In this document: piece by piece, positions 36,774 to 46,854 of the stretch | How positions within the stretch are numbered: position 1 is the first letter of the stretch | How the letters are laid out: each line of letters opens with the position of its first letter | Source of the DNA: Longilinea arvoryzae | GTDB taxonomy: Bacteria > Chloroflexota > Anaerolineae > Anaerolineales > Anaerolineaceae | Length of the DNA: 64,000 nt | Direction of reading: 5' to 3' | Assembly (NCBI RefSeq): GCF_001050235.1 | Contig: NZ_DF967972.1 | Location: 806,171-870,170, forward strand | Program-made: the position numbers and the translations under genes | The notes under the pieces: generated by a model | Database searches by the model: none | What the model saw: the letters and a program-made list of their open reading frames with translations, nothing else | What the model was told of the DNA's origin: nothing

Positions 36774-38081
36774 ATGTCCAATTCACCTTCCTCCTCCACA
36801 CGCATCACGCCGCGGGCCTGGTTCGTCATGGCCGCGCTGGCCATCACCGGGCAAATCGCCTGGGCGGTCGAAAACTCGTGGTTCAACACCTTCGTCTACG
36901 ACACCATCACCCCCGACCCGCGTCCGGTGGCCTGGATGGTGGCGTGCAGCGCCATCACCGCCACGCTGACCACGCTGCTGATGGGCACGCTCAGCGACCG
37001 GGCGCACACGCGCTGGGGCCGCCGCCGGCCGTTCATCCTGTTCGGCTACATTTGCTGGGGTATCTCCACCATCCTCTTCCCCACCGTGGCCTACATCAAG
37101 GTCACCAGCGTGGCCGTGGTGATGGTGGTGCTGGCCGATTCGCTGATGACCTTCTTCGGCTCCACCGCCAACGACGCCGCCTTCAACGCCTGGACGGCGG
37201 ATATCGCTGCCAGCGATCAGCGCGGCCGGGTGGAGGGCGTGCTCAATCTGAGCGTGTTCATCGCGCAGATCGTGGCCATGGTGGCGGCGGGTATGCTGAT
37301 CGACAGTGTGGGGTATTTCATTTTCTTCTACGCGCTGGGCGCGATTGTGCTGGTGGTGGGCTGGGTGGCCGGCAGCCTGTTGCGCGAACCGCCGCAGCCC
37401 GCGGTGGATGTACACCAACGCTCGTTTTGGGCCGAGTTTGGTGAGTTGTTCAGCCTGGATACGCTCAGGCAGAACCGCGCCCTGTTTATTCTGCTGCTCT
37501 TCATCATGATTACCAGTATCGGCATGCAGATTTCGTTCCCCTACATGATCGTTTATCTGCTGAATTATGTGGGCATCACCAAGACGGATTTCAGCATCGT
37601 CGGCGGGGCGGTGATGGTGGGCAGCGCCCTGGTGGCCATCCCCTTCGGCATGCTGGCCGACCGCTGGAATAAGCGCGCCATGATGGCGATTGCGCTGGTG
37701 GTCAGCAGCCTGGGCGGGATTCTGCTCTCGCTGGTGAAGACACTGCCGCTGCTGGCGACGGCGGGTTTCCTGTGGCAGGGTTTTGCGGTGGCCGTTTCGG
37801 TGGCCTCCGTGGCCTGGTTGAAGGACCTGCTGCCCGAACAAAACCGCGGCAAATTCCTGGGCATCCGCATGATCTTCTGGATCGCCATCCCCATGATCAT
37901 CGGCCCGGCCATCGGCTCGGCCTTGATTCAGGCTTACGGCATCCCCACTGTCTCCAACGGCGAGGCCGGCTTCATCCCGGTGCCCATCATCTTCCAGGTG
38001 GGCTCACTGGTATCCCTGCTGGGACTCCTGCCCTTATTCTTTACAGGTAAAAAGCATGCGAATCGCCTCCCTTCTGCCTGA
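36774..38081 (+). CDS. MFS transporter (probable glycoside/oligosaccharide:cation symporter)
   Basis: 12-TM MFS architecture; encoded immediately upstream of two glycoside hydrolases. Confidence 0.8.
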   Translation: MSNSPSSSTRITPRAWFVMAALAITGQIAWAVENSWFNTFVYDTITPDPRPVAWMVACSAITATLTTLLMGTLSDRAHTRWGRRRPFILFGYICWGISTILFPTVAYIKVTSVAVVMVVLADSLMTFFGSTANDAAFNAWTADIAASDQRGRVEGVLNLSVFIAQIVAMVAAGMLIDSVGYFIFFYALGAIVLVVGWVAGSLLREPPQPAVDVHQRSFWAEFGELFSLDTLRQNRALFILLLFIMITSIGMQISFPYMIVYLLNYVGITKTDFSIVGGAVMVGSALVAIPFGMLADRWNKRAMMAIALVVSSLGGILLSLVKTLPLLATAGFLWQGFAVAVSVASVAWLKDLLPEQNRGKFLGIRMIFWIAIPMIIGPAIGSALIQAYGIPTVSNGEAGFIPVPIIFQVGSLVSLLGLLPLFFTGKKHANRLPSA

Positions 38082-40005
38082 TTTCTGGTACGAACGCCAG
38101 CAGGTCAACGCGCAGCAGGCCATCTTTCATCAGTGGCGCCAGCTCGAAGCCTCGGGCTGTATCGAAAACTTCCGCATCGCCGCCGGTCTGAGCGACGGGC
38201 TGCGTGAAGGCTGGTTCTTTGCCGATTCAGACGCATACAAATGGCTGGACGCGGCCGTGCGCATCCTGCGCGACCGGCCCGATCCTCACCTGGCAGAGCT
38301 GGCGGACGGGTTCATCGATCTGCTGGCGCGCGCGCAAATGCCGGACGGTTACCTGTTCACCTACAACCAGATCCATTTTCCGGGTGTCCGCTGGCGCAAT
38401 TTACAGATCGAACACGAACTGTACTGCCACGGCCACCTGATCGAGGCCGGCGTCTCGCATTTCGAGGCCAGCGGGCGGACGGACCTGCTGGCGGTCGCCC
38501 GGCGCGCGGCCGACCGGATCGTGGCCGATTTTCGCGGCCAGGGCGCCGCTTACACCCCCGGGCATGAGGAGATCGAGATCGCGCTGCTGCGGCTGCATGC
38601 CATCACCCCGGGGGATACCGATTACCTGGGCATGGCCCGCCAGTTCCTCGAGCGGCGCGGGCGGGCCTGGTTTCTGGGCGTCGATCTCTTCCGGCAATTG
38701 TCCGATTCCAACCGGCGGCTGGCTTTTGTGAAGCAGCAAAAGCAGGATTACCGGGCCACCCACCCCGATTTCAAGCCCTTCGAACTGCCGCCCGGGAACA
38801 AATCCATCCGGCCGGGCAACATCATGCTGCGCTGGTACGTTTCGGTATTGAACGGCAAGTATTTTCAGCAGCACGCCCCCATTCGCCGGCAGTGTGTGCC
38901 AGAGGGGCACGCGGTGCGCTTTGCCTATCTCGAAACCGCCACAGCGATGCTTGCGCGCGCCACCGGCGACCGTTCGCTGCTACCGGCGCTGGAAGCAGCC
39001 TGGGAGCGCATGGTGACGCGGCGCATGTACGTCACCGGAGGCATCGGTTCGCTGCCCGTGCTGGAGGGCTTCGGCAACGACGACGAACTGGATCCCGAAT
39101 ACGCCTACGCTGAGACATGCGCGGCGCTGGGCAGCCTGTTCTGGAACTGGCAGATGGCTCAGATCACCGGCGCGGCAAAGTACAGCGACCTGTTCGAATG
39201 GCAGCTCTACAACGCCGCCGCTGTGGGCATGGGACTGGACGGGACAGGCTATCTGTACAATAATCCGCTGGCCTGCCGCGGCGGGGTGACGCGCAAACCC
39301 TGGTACGCGGTGCCGTGCTGCCCGTCCAATCTTTCGCGCACCTGGGCCGATCTGGGCGGCTACATATATACCAACAACGCGGACAGCCTGAGCGTGCACC
39401 AATATATCAGCAGCAGCTTTACAGACGGGCCGCTGAATCTGGAGATGCGCTCGGAACTGCCCTGGCAGGGTCATGTACGCCTGACGGTGAAGGCGGTCCG
39501 CGGACCTGAGCCGGTCGCGCTGCGGCTGCGTTTGCCGGCCTGGGCGGCGGGGATGCGCACCCGCGTCAACGCCCAACCCGCCGAGGCTTTTCCCTTGCCG
39601 GTCCGTTCGGATGAACCGACCGACGCGGGCTACGATCCGCGCAAGGCTGTTTTCGTCCCGCTCGAGCGAGCCTGGTCGGTGGGAGATGTCGTTGAGATTG
39701 ATTTCGACATGCCGGTGCGGCTGCTGCGCGCCCACCCGCGCGTCAAAGGTCACGACGGCAGGGTCGCCGTCACGCGCGGTCCGCTGGTTTACTGCCTGGA
39801 GGACTGCGACAACCTGGGCGTGGATCTTTTCGACGCGCGCCTCGATCCAGAATCGCTTTCGTGGGTCGAGGATGAGGCGCTGCTGGGCGGCATCGTCAAA
39901 CTGGTTGGCAGGACCGTGGATGGTCAAGCGCTGACCTTTATTCCCTACTTCCTGTGGGGCAACCGCGGCCCGTCGCAGATGACAGTGTGGGTGAAAGAGG
40001 GATAA
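38056..40005 (+). CDS. Glycoside hydrolase family 127-like (DUF1680; beta-L-arabinofuranosidase type)
   Basis: N-terminal FADSDAYKWLDAA box and the roughly 650-aa size fit DUF1680/GH127; the start overlaps the MFS gene end by 26 nt. Confidence 0.55.
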   Translation: MRIASLLPDFWYERQQVNAQQAIFHQWRQLEASGCIENFRIAAGLSDGLREGWFFADSDAYKWLDAAVRILRDRPDPHLAELADGFIDLLARAQMPDGYLFTYNQIHFPGVRWRNLQIEHELYCHGHLIEAGVSHFEASGRTDLLAVARRAADRIVADFRGQGAAYTPGHEEIEIALLRLHAITPGDTDYLGMARQFLERRGRAWFLGVDLFRQLSDSNRRLAFVKQQKQDYRATHPDFKPFELPPGNKSIRPGNIMLRWYVSVLNGKYFQQHAPIRRQCVPEGHAVRFAYLETATAMLARATGDRSLLPALEAAWERMVTRRMYVTGGIGSLPVLEGFGNDDELDPEYAYAETCAALGSLFWNWQMAQITGAAKYSDLFEWQLYNAAAVGMGLDGTGYLYNNPLACRGGVTRKPWYAVPCCPSNLSRTWADLGGYIYTNNADSLSVHQYISSSFTDGPLNLEMRSELPWQGHVRLTVKAVRGPEPVALRLRLPAWAAGMRTRVNAQPAEAFPLPVRSDEPTDAGYDPRKAVFVPLERAWSVGDVVEIDFDMPVRLLRAHPRVKGHDGRVAVTRGPLVYCLEDCDNLGVDLFDARLDPESLSWVEDEALLGGIVKLVGRTVDGQALTFIPYFLWGNRGPSQMTVWVKEG

Positions 40006-40160
40006 CCACGGAGACACGGAGTCCACGGAGGAAGAGAAGAAAACAGCCACAGAGTTCACAGAGGACACAGAGGGGAAAAAAGAAGAAGAAAAAACAAGGA
40101 ATTCTCTCTTCTTTTCTATGAATCTTCTCCGTGTCCTCCGTGTCTCTGTGGTGAATCCCT
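40006..40160. repeat. Inverted-repeat element built from cacggag/cacagag words (cacggagacacggag ... ctccgtgtcctccgtgtctctgtgg) between the GH127 and GH2 genes
   Basis: The two arms are reverse complements about 100 nt apart. Confidence 0.7.
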
Positions 40161-40178
40161 CTTTATTAGGAGCTAAAT

Positions 40179-41960
40179 TTGTCAATCGAACCTTTACGCA
40201 CTCCCTGGGTGCCCGATAGCCCGATCCCGCTGCCCGAATACCCGCGCCCGCAGATGACACGCCCGCACTGGGCCAACCTGAACGGCGCCTGGCAGTACGC
40301 CATCCTGCCCAAAGATGCCCCAGCGCCGCAGACCTTCGACGGCGAGATTATGGTGCCGTATGCGGTCGAGTCGCTGCTCTCCGGTGTGCAGAAACCCCTG
40401 CTGCCGGAACAGCGGCTGTGGTATCGACGCAACTTCAGCGATCCGCGCCCACAGTGGAGCGATGCCCACGTTTTATTGCACTTCGGCGCGGTGGATTACC
40501 TGTGCCGGGCCTGGCTGAATGGCGTTGAACTGGGCCAGCACCGCGGCGGTTACCTGCCCTTCACCTTCGACATTACGGACGTGCTTCGGGAGGGTGATAA
40601 CGAACTGCTGGTCTCGGTCTGGGACCCGACCGACGCGGGCTTGCAACAGCGCGGCAAGCAGGTCCTCAAACCCGGCGGCATCTGGTACACGCCCGTTTCC
40701 GGCATCTGGCAGACCGTCTGGCTGGAGGGTGTGCCGGCGGTGAGCATCGCGGGCCTGAAATTAACGCCCGACCTGGACTGGCAGACGCTGCAGGTCGAGG
40801 TGCGCCTGCGCGGCGGAACGTACGCGGTGGACCTGTGCCTGGAGGTCGAAGCCATGGACGGTGGCCAGGTGGTGGCCAGCGGCGCCTGCCCGGCGGATAA
40901 ACCCCTGCGCCTGAATATTCCCGGCTCGCACGCCTGGAGCCCGGACGACCCGCACCTTTATGATCTGCGGGTGCGCCTGGTGCAGGCCGGGAATGTGCTG
41001 GATGAAGTCGGCAGTTACTTTGCCATGCGCAAGTTCGGACTGGCCGCCGACGGCGCGGGCCACCTGCGCTTCACGCTCAACGACCGGCCGCTGTTCCTCT
41101 ACGGCCCGCTGGATCAGGGTTACTTCCCGGACGGCCTGTACACGCCGCCCAGCGAGGCAGCCATGCTCTACGACATCGAGTACGTGCGCAATCTGGGCTG
41201 CAACATGATCCGCAAGCACATCAAAGTCGAGCCACTGCGCTGGTATGCCGCCTGCGACCGTCTGGGTATGATCGTCTGGCAGGATATGCCCAACGGCGGG
41301 CGCATCGACGGCATGCCGGTGGCGATCGCCGCCCAGGCGTTCGGCTTCTGGCGCAGCGACCGGCGCTGGTTGAGCCGTTTCGGCCGCGCCGAGGAGGCCA
41401 ACCGGGTCGAATATCGCGCCGACCTGCAGGCCATGGTCGATCATCTGTACAACGCCGCCTGCCTCGCCGTGTGGGTACCCTTCAACGAGAGCTGGGGGCA
41501 GTTTCATGCCAAAGAAACCGCCCAATGGCTCAAGGGCTACGATCCCACCCGCCTGGTGGATCACGCGTCCGGCTGGTTCGACCAGGGCGGCGGCGACTTT
41601 CAAAGCAAGCACATCTATTTTAAAAAGCTTTCCCGTCCCCGGCCCGACCGGCGCGCCTTCGTCATCTCCGAATTCGGCGGTTACAGCCTGACGACGCCCG
41701 GCCACGTTTGGGATGTGACCCAGAAGTTCGGCTATCGTTTCTATGACACGCCCGAAGAATTGACAGCCGCCTACCTGAAGCTGTTGGAAGAGGAACTCCT
41801 GCCGCTCATTCCGCAGGGTTTGACCGCGGCGATCTACACCCAGACCACGGACGTGGAAATCGAGATCAACGGCTACCTGACCTACGACCGCAAGGTTGAA
41901 AAGATGGACGCCGAGGCGGTTCGTAAAGCGCACGAGAAATTGATTAATTCACAGGGATGA
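40179..41960 (+). CDS. Glycoside hydrolase family 2 (beta-galactosidase/beta-glucuronidase/beta-mannosidase type)
   Basis: YPRPQ..R..W..LNG.W N-terminal sugar-binding box, [22 protein letters not shown] motif, and a TIM-barrel segment with conserved acidic residues. Confidence 0.75.
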   Translation: MSIEPLRTPWVPDSPIPLPEYPRPQMTRPHWANLNGAWQYAILPKDAPAPQTFDGEIMVPYAVESLLSGVQKPLLPEQRLWYRRNFSDPRPQWSDAHVLLHFGAVDYLCRAWLNGVELGQHRGGYLPFTFDITDVLREGDNELLVSVWDPTDAGLQQRGKQVLKPGGIWYTPVSGIWQTVWLEGVPAVSIAGLKLTPDLDWQTLQVEVRLRGGTYAVDLCLEVEAMDGGQVVASGACPADKPLRLNIPGSHAWSPDDPHLYDLRVRLVQAGNVLDEVGSYFAMRKFGLAADGAGHLRFTLNDRPLFLYGPLDQGYFPDGLYTPPSEAAMLYDIEYVRNLGCNMIRKHIKVEPLRWYAACDRLGMIVWQDMPNGGRIDGMPVAIAAQAFGFWRSDRRWLSRFGRAEEANRVEYRADLQAMVDHLYNAACLAVWVPFNESWGQFHAKETAQWLKGYDPTRLVDHASGWFDQGGGDFQSKHIYFKKLSRPRPDRRAFVISEFGGYSLTTPGHVWDVTQKFGYRFYDTPEELTAAYLKLLEEELLPLIPQGLTAAIYTQTTDVEIEINGYLTYDRKVEKMDAEAVRKAHEKLINSQG

Positions 41961-42002
41961 AGAATTCACAGGATAGGCAGGATGTTCAGGATTGGAATCT
42001 TC

Positions 42003-42098
42003 GCGTAGGTCGGGTTGAGGGACGAGCAATCAAGATTGTGGCCGGTGAAAAGTATCGTTGAGTTTGGATGGCCTGTCCCGAAACCCGACGTTATGGCC
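42003..42098. repeat. Copy B of the dispersed structured element (CGCGTAGGTCGGGTTGAGGGACG ... CCGAAACCCGACGTT)
   Basis: Shares both terminal boxes with 1921-1993 and lies at the left edge of a low-GC patch. Confidence 0.6.
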
Positions 42099-42258
42099 AC
42101 GATTATGCAATGTCGGTTCTTCAGGGCGATATAGGCTATTCCGACACATTTCTCTATCCCGCCCCTCCGCCCATCCAGGGTAGGACCGACCTGTAAAATT
42201 GAGTTATCGAAGGAATTTCAGTGTGTGCCGCCCACCCGGCCTTTACGGAATTCCCGCA

Positions 42259-43590
42259 TTAATTAAGCTTGCAGAATTCACTCGTTGCGCTGTATGACAC
42301 ATTCATGAAACCCCAATCGCCGATGTGGCCTTTGAGGACATCCGGATAATCGGTATCCAGGATCTTAACCGCTTCTAGACAGGAGGTCATGGCCTTGTGG
42401 GTAACTTCGTATTGCGTGGCAAACTCCTTCGCCACAACGACAAATTCGTTGCCCGGCGTGCCGTCCGGAAAAGATTCGCTCATCTCATGAATGACCTCAT
42501 CCGCCATATCGACCCGATTTTGCGAAAACCAGATCACCACGATGCGGAAAAACGCAAAGGCCTTTTGGTAAGGCTCGGCTAATTCCGTTTGATTTTCAGT
42601 CAATTCATAAGTTGTGAAATAGCTGGAAAGATTCGAGTCTCTGGCAGCAATTTCATAATATGCAATCGCCATCATCAGATTGCCCTTCTTGGATGCGTCA
42701 GCACCATCTCCAAGATAATGGACCCGATCGTCACCTGGCGGTAGATCGGAATAAGAATACTCAAAATTCTTTCCATTCCAGGCAAATACATCTATTTCGT
42801 CCCGGCTTGCACCGCCCCAGAACCCTGTCGAATTTCCAGTCAGGACCAAAACCTCTTTGGTTCCATCGCCATCCTGGTCATCCAGCATGATCTCGCTACC
42901 GACTAGGCCACCGCCAAGAAATATTTCTTTCCATTGATTTTCGCGCCACCCGAATGCATAATATTTCGTTCCCCATCCAATAGTCGCCCTGATTTTGACA
43001 ATGATAAATGGAAGTTCCTTTTCAAAAATTTGTTCTACGAACAGAATGTCACCAGAAGAGACATCCTCAGTTTGAAAGGATTGGACCAGTCGATACGCAT
43101 TTGTACTGCATTGGTAAATATTTATAAGATTTATATCGTCCGAAGGCGAGCCTTCGTTAATTATTGTAATTGACCCGCTCACAACAATTTCTTCCAGCGC
43201 ATCCCCGTCCAAATCCGCAACCGCTGCGCTGACTCTGAGCAAATCCGTGGATGCAAGCAGCGATTTCAGGCTGGCAGGATCTCCTCCATGGTTTACATAA
43301 TCCAAAATGGCGGCATCCAGCTCAACCAGGTTGCTGTAGCCTTTGAGTTCAGCGCCGCCGGTCAAGACCGGGCATCTGTGTTCCGGGGTGGGTGTTGAGG
43401 TTGCCTTCATCTCAGGCGTGTTCGTTTTCGTCTGGATTGCCCTGGTCGCTGTGCCTGTCGCTAGGACTGGCGGAATATTTTGGCCAGGAGCACAGGCCGC
43501 TAACGCTATCATTGCCATGAGTAGAAAGAAAATAACGGGATGAAAATTATTACGATAATATTTCATCTTTTTTGCCTGTTTTCGAGTCAC
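42259..43590 (-). CDS. Secreted lipoprotein with FG-GAP/VCBS-like repeats (LDGDALEEIVV, DQDGDGTKEVLV)
   Basis: Signal peptide with lipobox (LAACA), Thr-rich linker; low GC. Confidence 0.55.
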   Translation of the reverse strand: MTRKQAKKMKYYRNNFHPVIFFLLMAMIALAACAPGQNIPPVLATGTATRAIQTKTNTPEMKATSTPTPEHRCPVLTGGAELKGYSNLVELDAAILDYVNHGGDPASLKSLLASTDLLRVSAAVADLDGDALEEIVVSGSITIINEGSPSDDINLINIYQCSTNAYRLVQSFQTEDVSSGDILFVEQIFEKELPFIIVKIRATIGWGTKYYAFGWRENQWKEIFLGGGLVGSEIMLDDQDGDGTKEVLVLTGNSTGFWGGASRDEIDVFAWNGKNFEYSYSDLPPGDDRVHYLGDGADASKKGNLMMAIAYYEIAARDSNLSSYFTTYELTENQTELAEPYQKAFAFFRIVVIWFSQNRVDMADEVIHEMSESFPDGTPGNEFVVVAKEFATQYEVTHKAMTSCLEAVKILDTDYPDVLKGHIGDWGFMNVSYSATSEFCKLN

Positions 43591-43750
43591 AAATAGGTCG
43601 GAAAACTGGCTGGCAAACTGAAACGATTTTTATTGATACGCTTTATTTAAGCCATCATTTTCCATTATACAATTGCTTTTTTAACCCATGAAATAAACCT
43701 CTCACCCTTAACGGCCCCATTGTCAGGATTGGGTCGCAGGGGAGGCTGGT

Positions 43751-43948
43751 ATGAATTGTCAATGGACCTATGTTTCCCCGAAGACCCGGCGTTATGGCCG
43801 CCCGGTGGATTTGGGCACGGCGGATGGGATCAAGGAGCGCTGCCGTTCCCGCATTTTGGCGGAAAGCATCGATGTCGCCTGGACTTTAATCGGACCGGAG
43901 GACGGATTTACCCCCAATAAAAGCATTGTTGAATTCACTTCTCGATAA
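43751..43948 (+). CDS. Possible small protein (65 aa)
   Basis: GGGAGG RBS 5 nt before the ATG; located in a low-GC intergenic stretch; no motifs. Confidence 0.3.
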   Translation: MNCQWTYVSPKTRRYGRPVDLGTADGIKERCRSRILAESIDVAWTLIGPEDGFTPNKSIVEFTSR

Positions 43949-44038
43949 AGTAGGTCCTTCTTGATAAACGATTGGGGGATTAGGTCTGGGAGCTTAAGGG
44001 TCCAACCCATTTACAAATTCTTCGCCAAAAAGTCTCAA

Positions 44039-45622
44039 TTATCTTAGCTTGAATACCGAGAGGATCTTGGCTCCGTCCAACTCAACTGAATACACTTCCC
44101 GATACTCGCTGGGGTAGGACTTCTTCCAGCGATAGTTGATGATCAGGTACCTGGCCTGATCGTCGGCTTCGATTCCAAGCCAGTTCAATCGTTTTTCATC
44201 CGCCTCTGGAAGGATGAAAGTATAACCTCCCGGGGTGGTTTCCGAAATATAATCGATGACCGGGCTGGGGTCCGTCCGGCTGATATATTCCAGCCCCTGG
44301 CGGTAGGACAGCCCCCAATAATCCAGTTCGTAGCGGCTCTTGAGATCTGCCAGGTTCCCTCCCGCCAGGCGGTTGAAGTACAACTGCTCGTATGGATGCG
44401 CCTGGATCATGAAAACGGCGGTGGAGACGAATGTGGCGCCGAGAATGAGAATCAAACCCAGCGAAGCCACATTGAAACGGCCGAATTTGGCGCTCAACTG
44501 GGCCAGCGTCTTTTCGAAGCCCCAAAAAGCCAACAACAAAAAAGCCGGATAGATAAAGAACAGGTGCCTCCACGAGTCGTAAAGGACTGATTTCAGAAAA
44601 ATGACCAGGAGCAGGGGCACGAAAAACCAGGCTGCGATCGCGAGTAATTTCAGCGCCTGGTTTTCAAAGAAACCGCGAACGGTAAAATGGATCCCGGCGA
44701 TCCACTTGATGGCGCCGGTGAAAAACAGAACCGAATAAAAAATGGGCGTCGAAATCAGGATCCAAACAATCGAGTAGAACCAGGGCAGCTCGGTGGCGGA
44801 GTACGAGGTCCCCATGAACAACACGGGGAGATTCCAGCGAAAATGGCTGAACTCGTTGAGCGCCAGGATGAAATTACCGATTGGATTCTTCCACAGGATC
44901 GGCCAGAATAGAACGCTGAAAAACGCGAACAGGAGCAGGAACAGGGCCAGTTTTGGCAGACCTGCGCGCATCTTCTTCTTCCAGCCCTCGGGCGAACGCA
45001 TAAAGCCCACAATCAGGGTGAGGACGGTGAGAAATGGGATCAACAACCCGGCGAGGCGGATGGTGGTGGTAATCGCCGAAGAGACGGCCAGAAAAATCAG
45101 ATAAACGAATTTTCGCGTGTCCACGTAAACCATGAAGAATGTAAAGCTGATGATAAAGAAAACCAGCAGCGGGATGTCTTTCGTGTTGTAGAAGGCATTG
45201 TCGAAGATGCGTGGACTCAGGATCAGGGCGGCCGTACACAGGAGCGCTGTAATCGCGTTCTTGAATATTCTTTTGGAAAGGATGTAAAAGAAAACCGTTC
45301 CAACGAAGAAGGTCAGAAATGTGAGGAGGTGCCGCAAGAAGTAGATATCCTGATGGGACGCCGGGGGAAAAAACTTCAGTTCAGCTCCCAGCAGGAAGAG
45401 CTCGAAGAATGGGCCGTAGAAGCGGTCTGCCATGCTCACCAGCGGATCTTCGTGCCCCAGGATGAATCTCAGATTGGCCACCCCGATATCTCTCTGGAGC
45501 GGTTCATCCCAGGATACGCCGTAATCTCTGTAAATGGAAAGACCGGCGATCAGGAAAACGGAAAACAACAGGATGGGGAGAATATTCTCCCTGAGCTTGC
45601 GCAGTGCCAGAGTCATGCTCAT
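44039..45622 (-). CDS. Polytopic membrane glycosyltransferase, GT-C fold (GT39/ArnT/PMT-like)
   Basis: About 12 TM helices with an N-terminal first-loop acidic motif region (YGVSWDEP), as in dolichyl-phosphate-mannose / ArnT-type transferases. Confidence 0.55.
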   Translation of the reverse strand: MSMTLALRKLRENILPILLFSVFLIAGLSIYRDYGVSWDEPLQRDIGVANLRFILGHEDPLVSMADRFYGPFFELFLLGAELKFFPPASHQDIYFLRHLLTFLTFFVGTVFFYILSKRIFKNAITALLCTAALILSPRIFDNAFYNTKDIPLLVFFIISFTFFMVYVDTRKFVYLIFLAVSSAITTTIRLAGLLIPFLTVLTLIVGFMRSPEGWKKKMRAGLPKLALFLLLFAFFSVLFWPILWKNPIGNFILALNEFSHFRWNLPVLFMGTSYSATELPWFYSIVWILISTPIFYSVLFFTGAIKWIAGIHFTVRGFFENQALKLLAIAAWFFVPLLLVIFLKSVLYDSWRHLFFIYPAFLLLAFWGFEKTLAQLSAKFGRFNVASLGLILILGATFVSTAVFMIQAHPYEQLYFNRLAGGNLADLKSRYELDYWGLSYRQGLEYISRTDPSPVIDYISETTPGGYTFILPEADEKRLNWLGIEADDQARYLIINYRWKKSYPSEYREVYSVELDGAKILSVFKLR

Positions 45623-45944
45623 TCCTTTGTAGATGGCATCTTGAGCCAGGCCGACCAAAAGCTTTTAATTTGGCTGTAAGGCATCTCGCGTCCGCCTTGC
45701 AGCAATTCAGTGACGTTTACTTCTTTTGATTCAAAAATCTTCCAGATATTAGTGAGGGCTAAATGCCCTCATCAGAGCCTCAACCGTCAAGGATAGTTGC
45801 CGAACAATTGTACGCGGATTGTGAAAATTGCGGAAGGTTTGCCGGTATGCGACAGAGACTCATTTGGGGCAGTTCTCGAAGACAGGCCCGTTTGCCCTCT
45901 TTCGAGACGCGCACCCCGCGTATAATGATTGGAAAACAAGAGGA

Positions 45945-46820
45945 ATGATGCGCAGCGAAAATGAAATGCTGGATTTGATCCTGACGGTCGCCCGCGCCGA
46001 CGAACGCATCCGCGCCGTGGTGATGAACGGCTCGCGCGCCAACCCAAACGCGCCGCGCGACCTGTTCCAGGATTTCGATATCATTTACCTGGTGCGCGGC
46101 AGCAGCGCGCCCTTTCGCAACAATCCGGCCTGGATCCGCCAGTTCGGCGAGCTGATGATCCTGCAACTGCCCGAGGAGATGGGCGATCCGCCGTCTTCCG
46201 GTCATTACGATGCGGTTTATCTGGCGCAGTTCGCGGATGGCAACCGCATCGACCTGAGCGTGTATCCTTTGGAGCGCTGGCCTGAGCTGAAAAACGACAG
46301 CTTGAGCGTGCTGCTGTTGGACAAGGACGGCAGCATCGGGCCACTGCCGCCGCCGAGTGAAAACAGCTATCTGCCCAAACCTCCGGATGCAAAGGCTTTC
46401 GGCGACTGCTGCAACGAGTTCTGGTGGGTTTCGCCTTATGTGGCCAAGGGACTGTGGCGGCGCGAGCTGCCCTATGCCAGAGCGATGTTGGAAATTTACG
46501 TGCGCGAGCAGCTTACCAAAATGCTGCGCTGGCAGATCGGCATCCAAACCGAATTCAAGGCCAACCCGGGCAAGGAGGGCAAGTATTTCGAGCGCTACCT
46601 GCCGAAAGCGCAGTGGCAATTATTGCTGCAGACCTTTGCCGGCGCCGATGATGATTCCACCTGGGACGCGCTGGAAGCCATGGGCGCGCTTTTCCGTCAG
46701 GCGGCGCTGTTCGTGGCCGGGCAGTACGGATTCGATTATCCGCACGGCGACGACGAACGGGTGAGCGCGTTCCTGCGAAAAATTCGGGCGCTGCCGCCGG
46801 ACGCGAAGGATATCGCCTAA
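45945..46820 (+). CDS. Aminoglycoside 6-nucleotidyltransferase, ANT(6)/AadK family (streptomycin adenylyltransferase-like)
   Basis: Length (about 290 aa) and conserved N-terminal boxes (LDLILTVARADERIRAVVMNGSR...DFDIIYLV) of the PF04439 family; AAGAGGAA RBS. Confidence 0.7.
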   Translation: MMRSENEMLDLILTVARADERIRAVVMNGSRANPNAPRDLFQDFDIIYLVRGSSAPFRNNPAWIRQFGELMILQLPEEMGDPPSSGHYDAVYLAQFADGNRIDLSVYPLERWPELKNDSLSVLLLDKDGSIGPLPPPSENSYLPKPPDAKAFGDCCNEFWWVSPYVAKGLWRRELPYARAMLEIYVREQLTKMLRWQIGIQTEFKANPGKEGKYFERYLPKAQWQLLLQTFAGADDDSTWDALEAMGALFRQAALFVAGQYGFDYPHGDDERVSAFLRKIRALPPDAKDIA

Positions 46821-46854
46821 GGACGCCGTCATTTCTTCCGAAGAGGGTAAAGCC

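Noticed and set aside
36278-37841. ORFs 36278-37444 (+) and 36783-37841 (-) spanning the repeat-rich intergenic region and the MFS gene
   Set aside because: Arg/Gly/His-rich translations with no start context. They run through the tandem repeats and then antisense or out-of-frame through the MFS gene.
38980-41933. Minus-strand ORFs 38980-40260 and 40761-41933 opposite the GH127/GH2 genes
   Set aside because: Shadow ORFs; the plus-strand frames carry the glycoside-hydrolase motifs.
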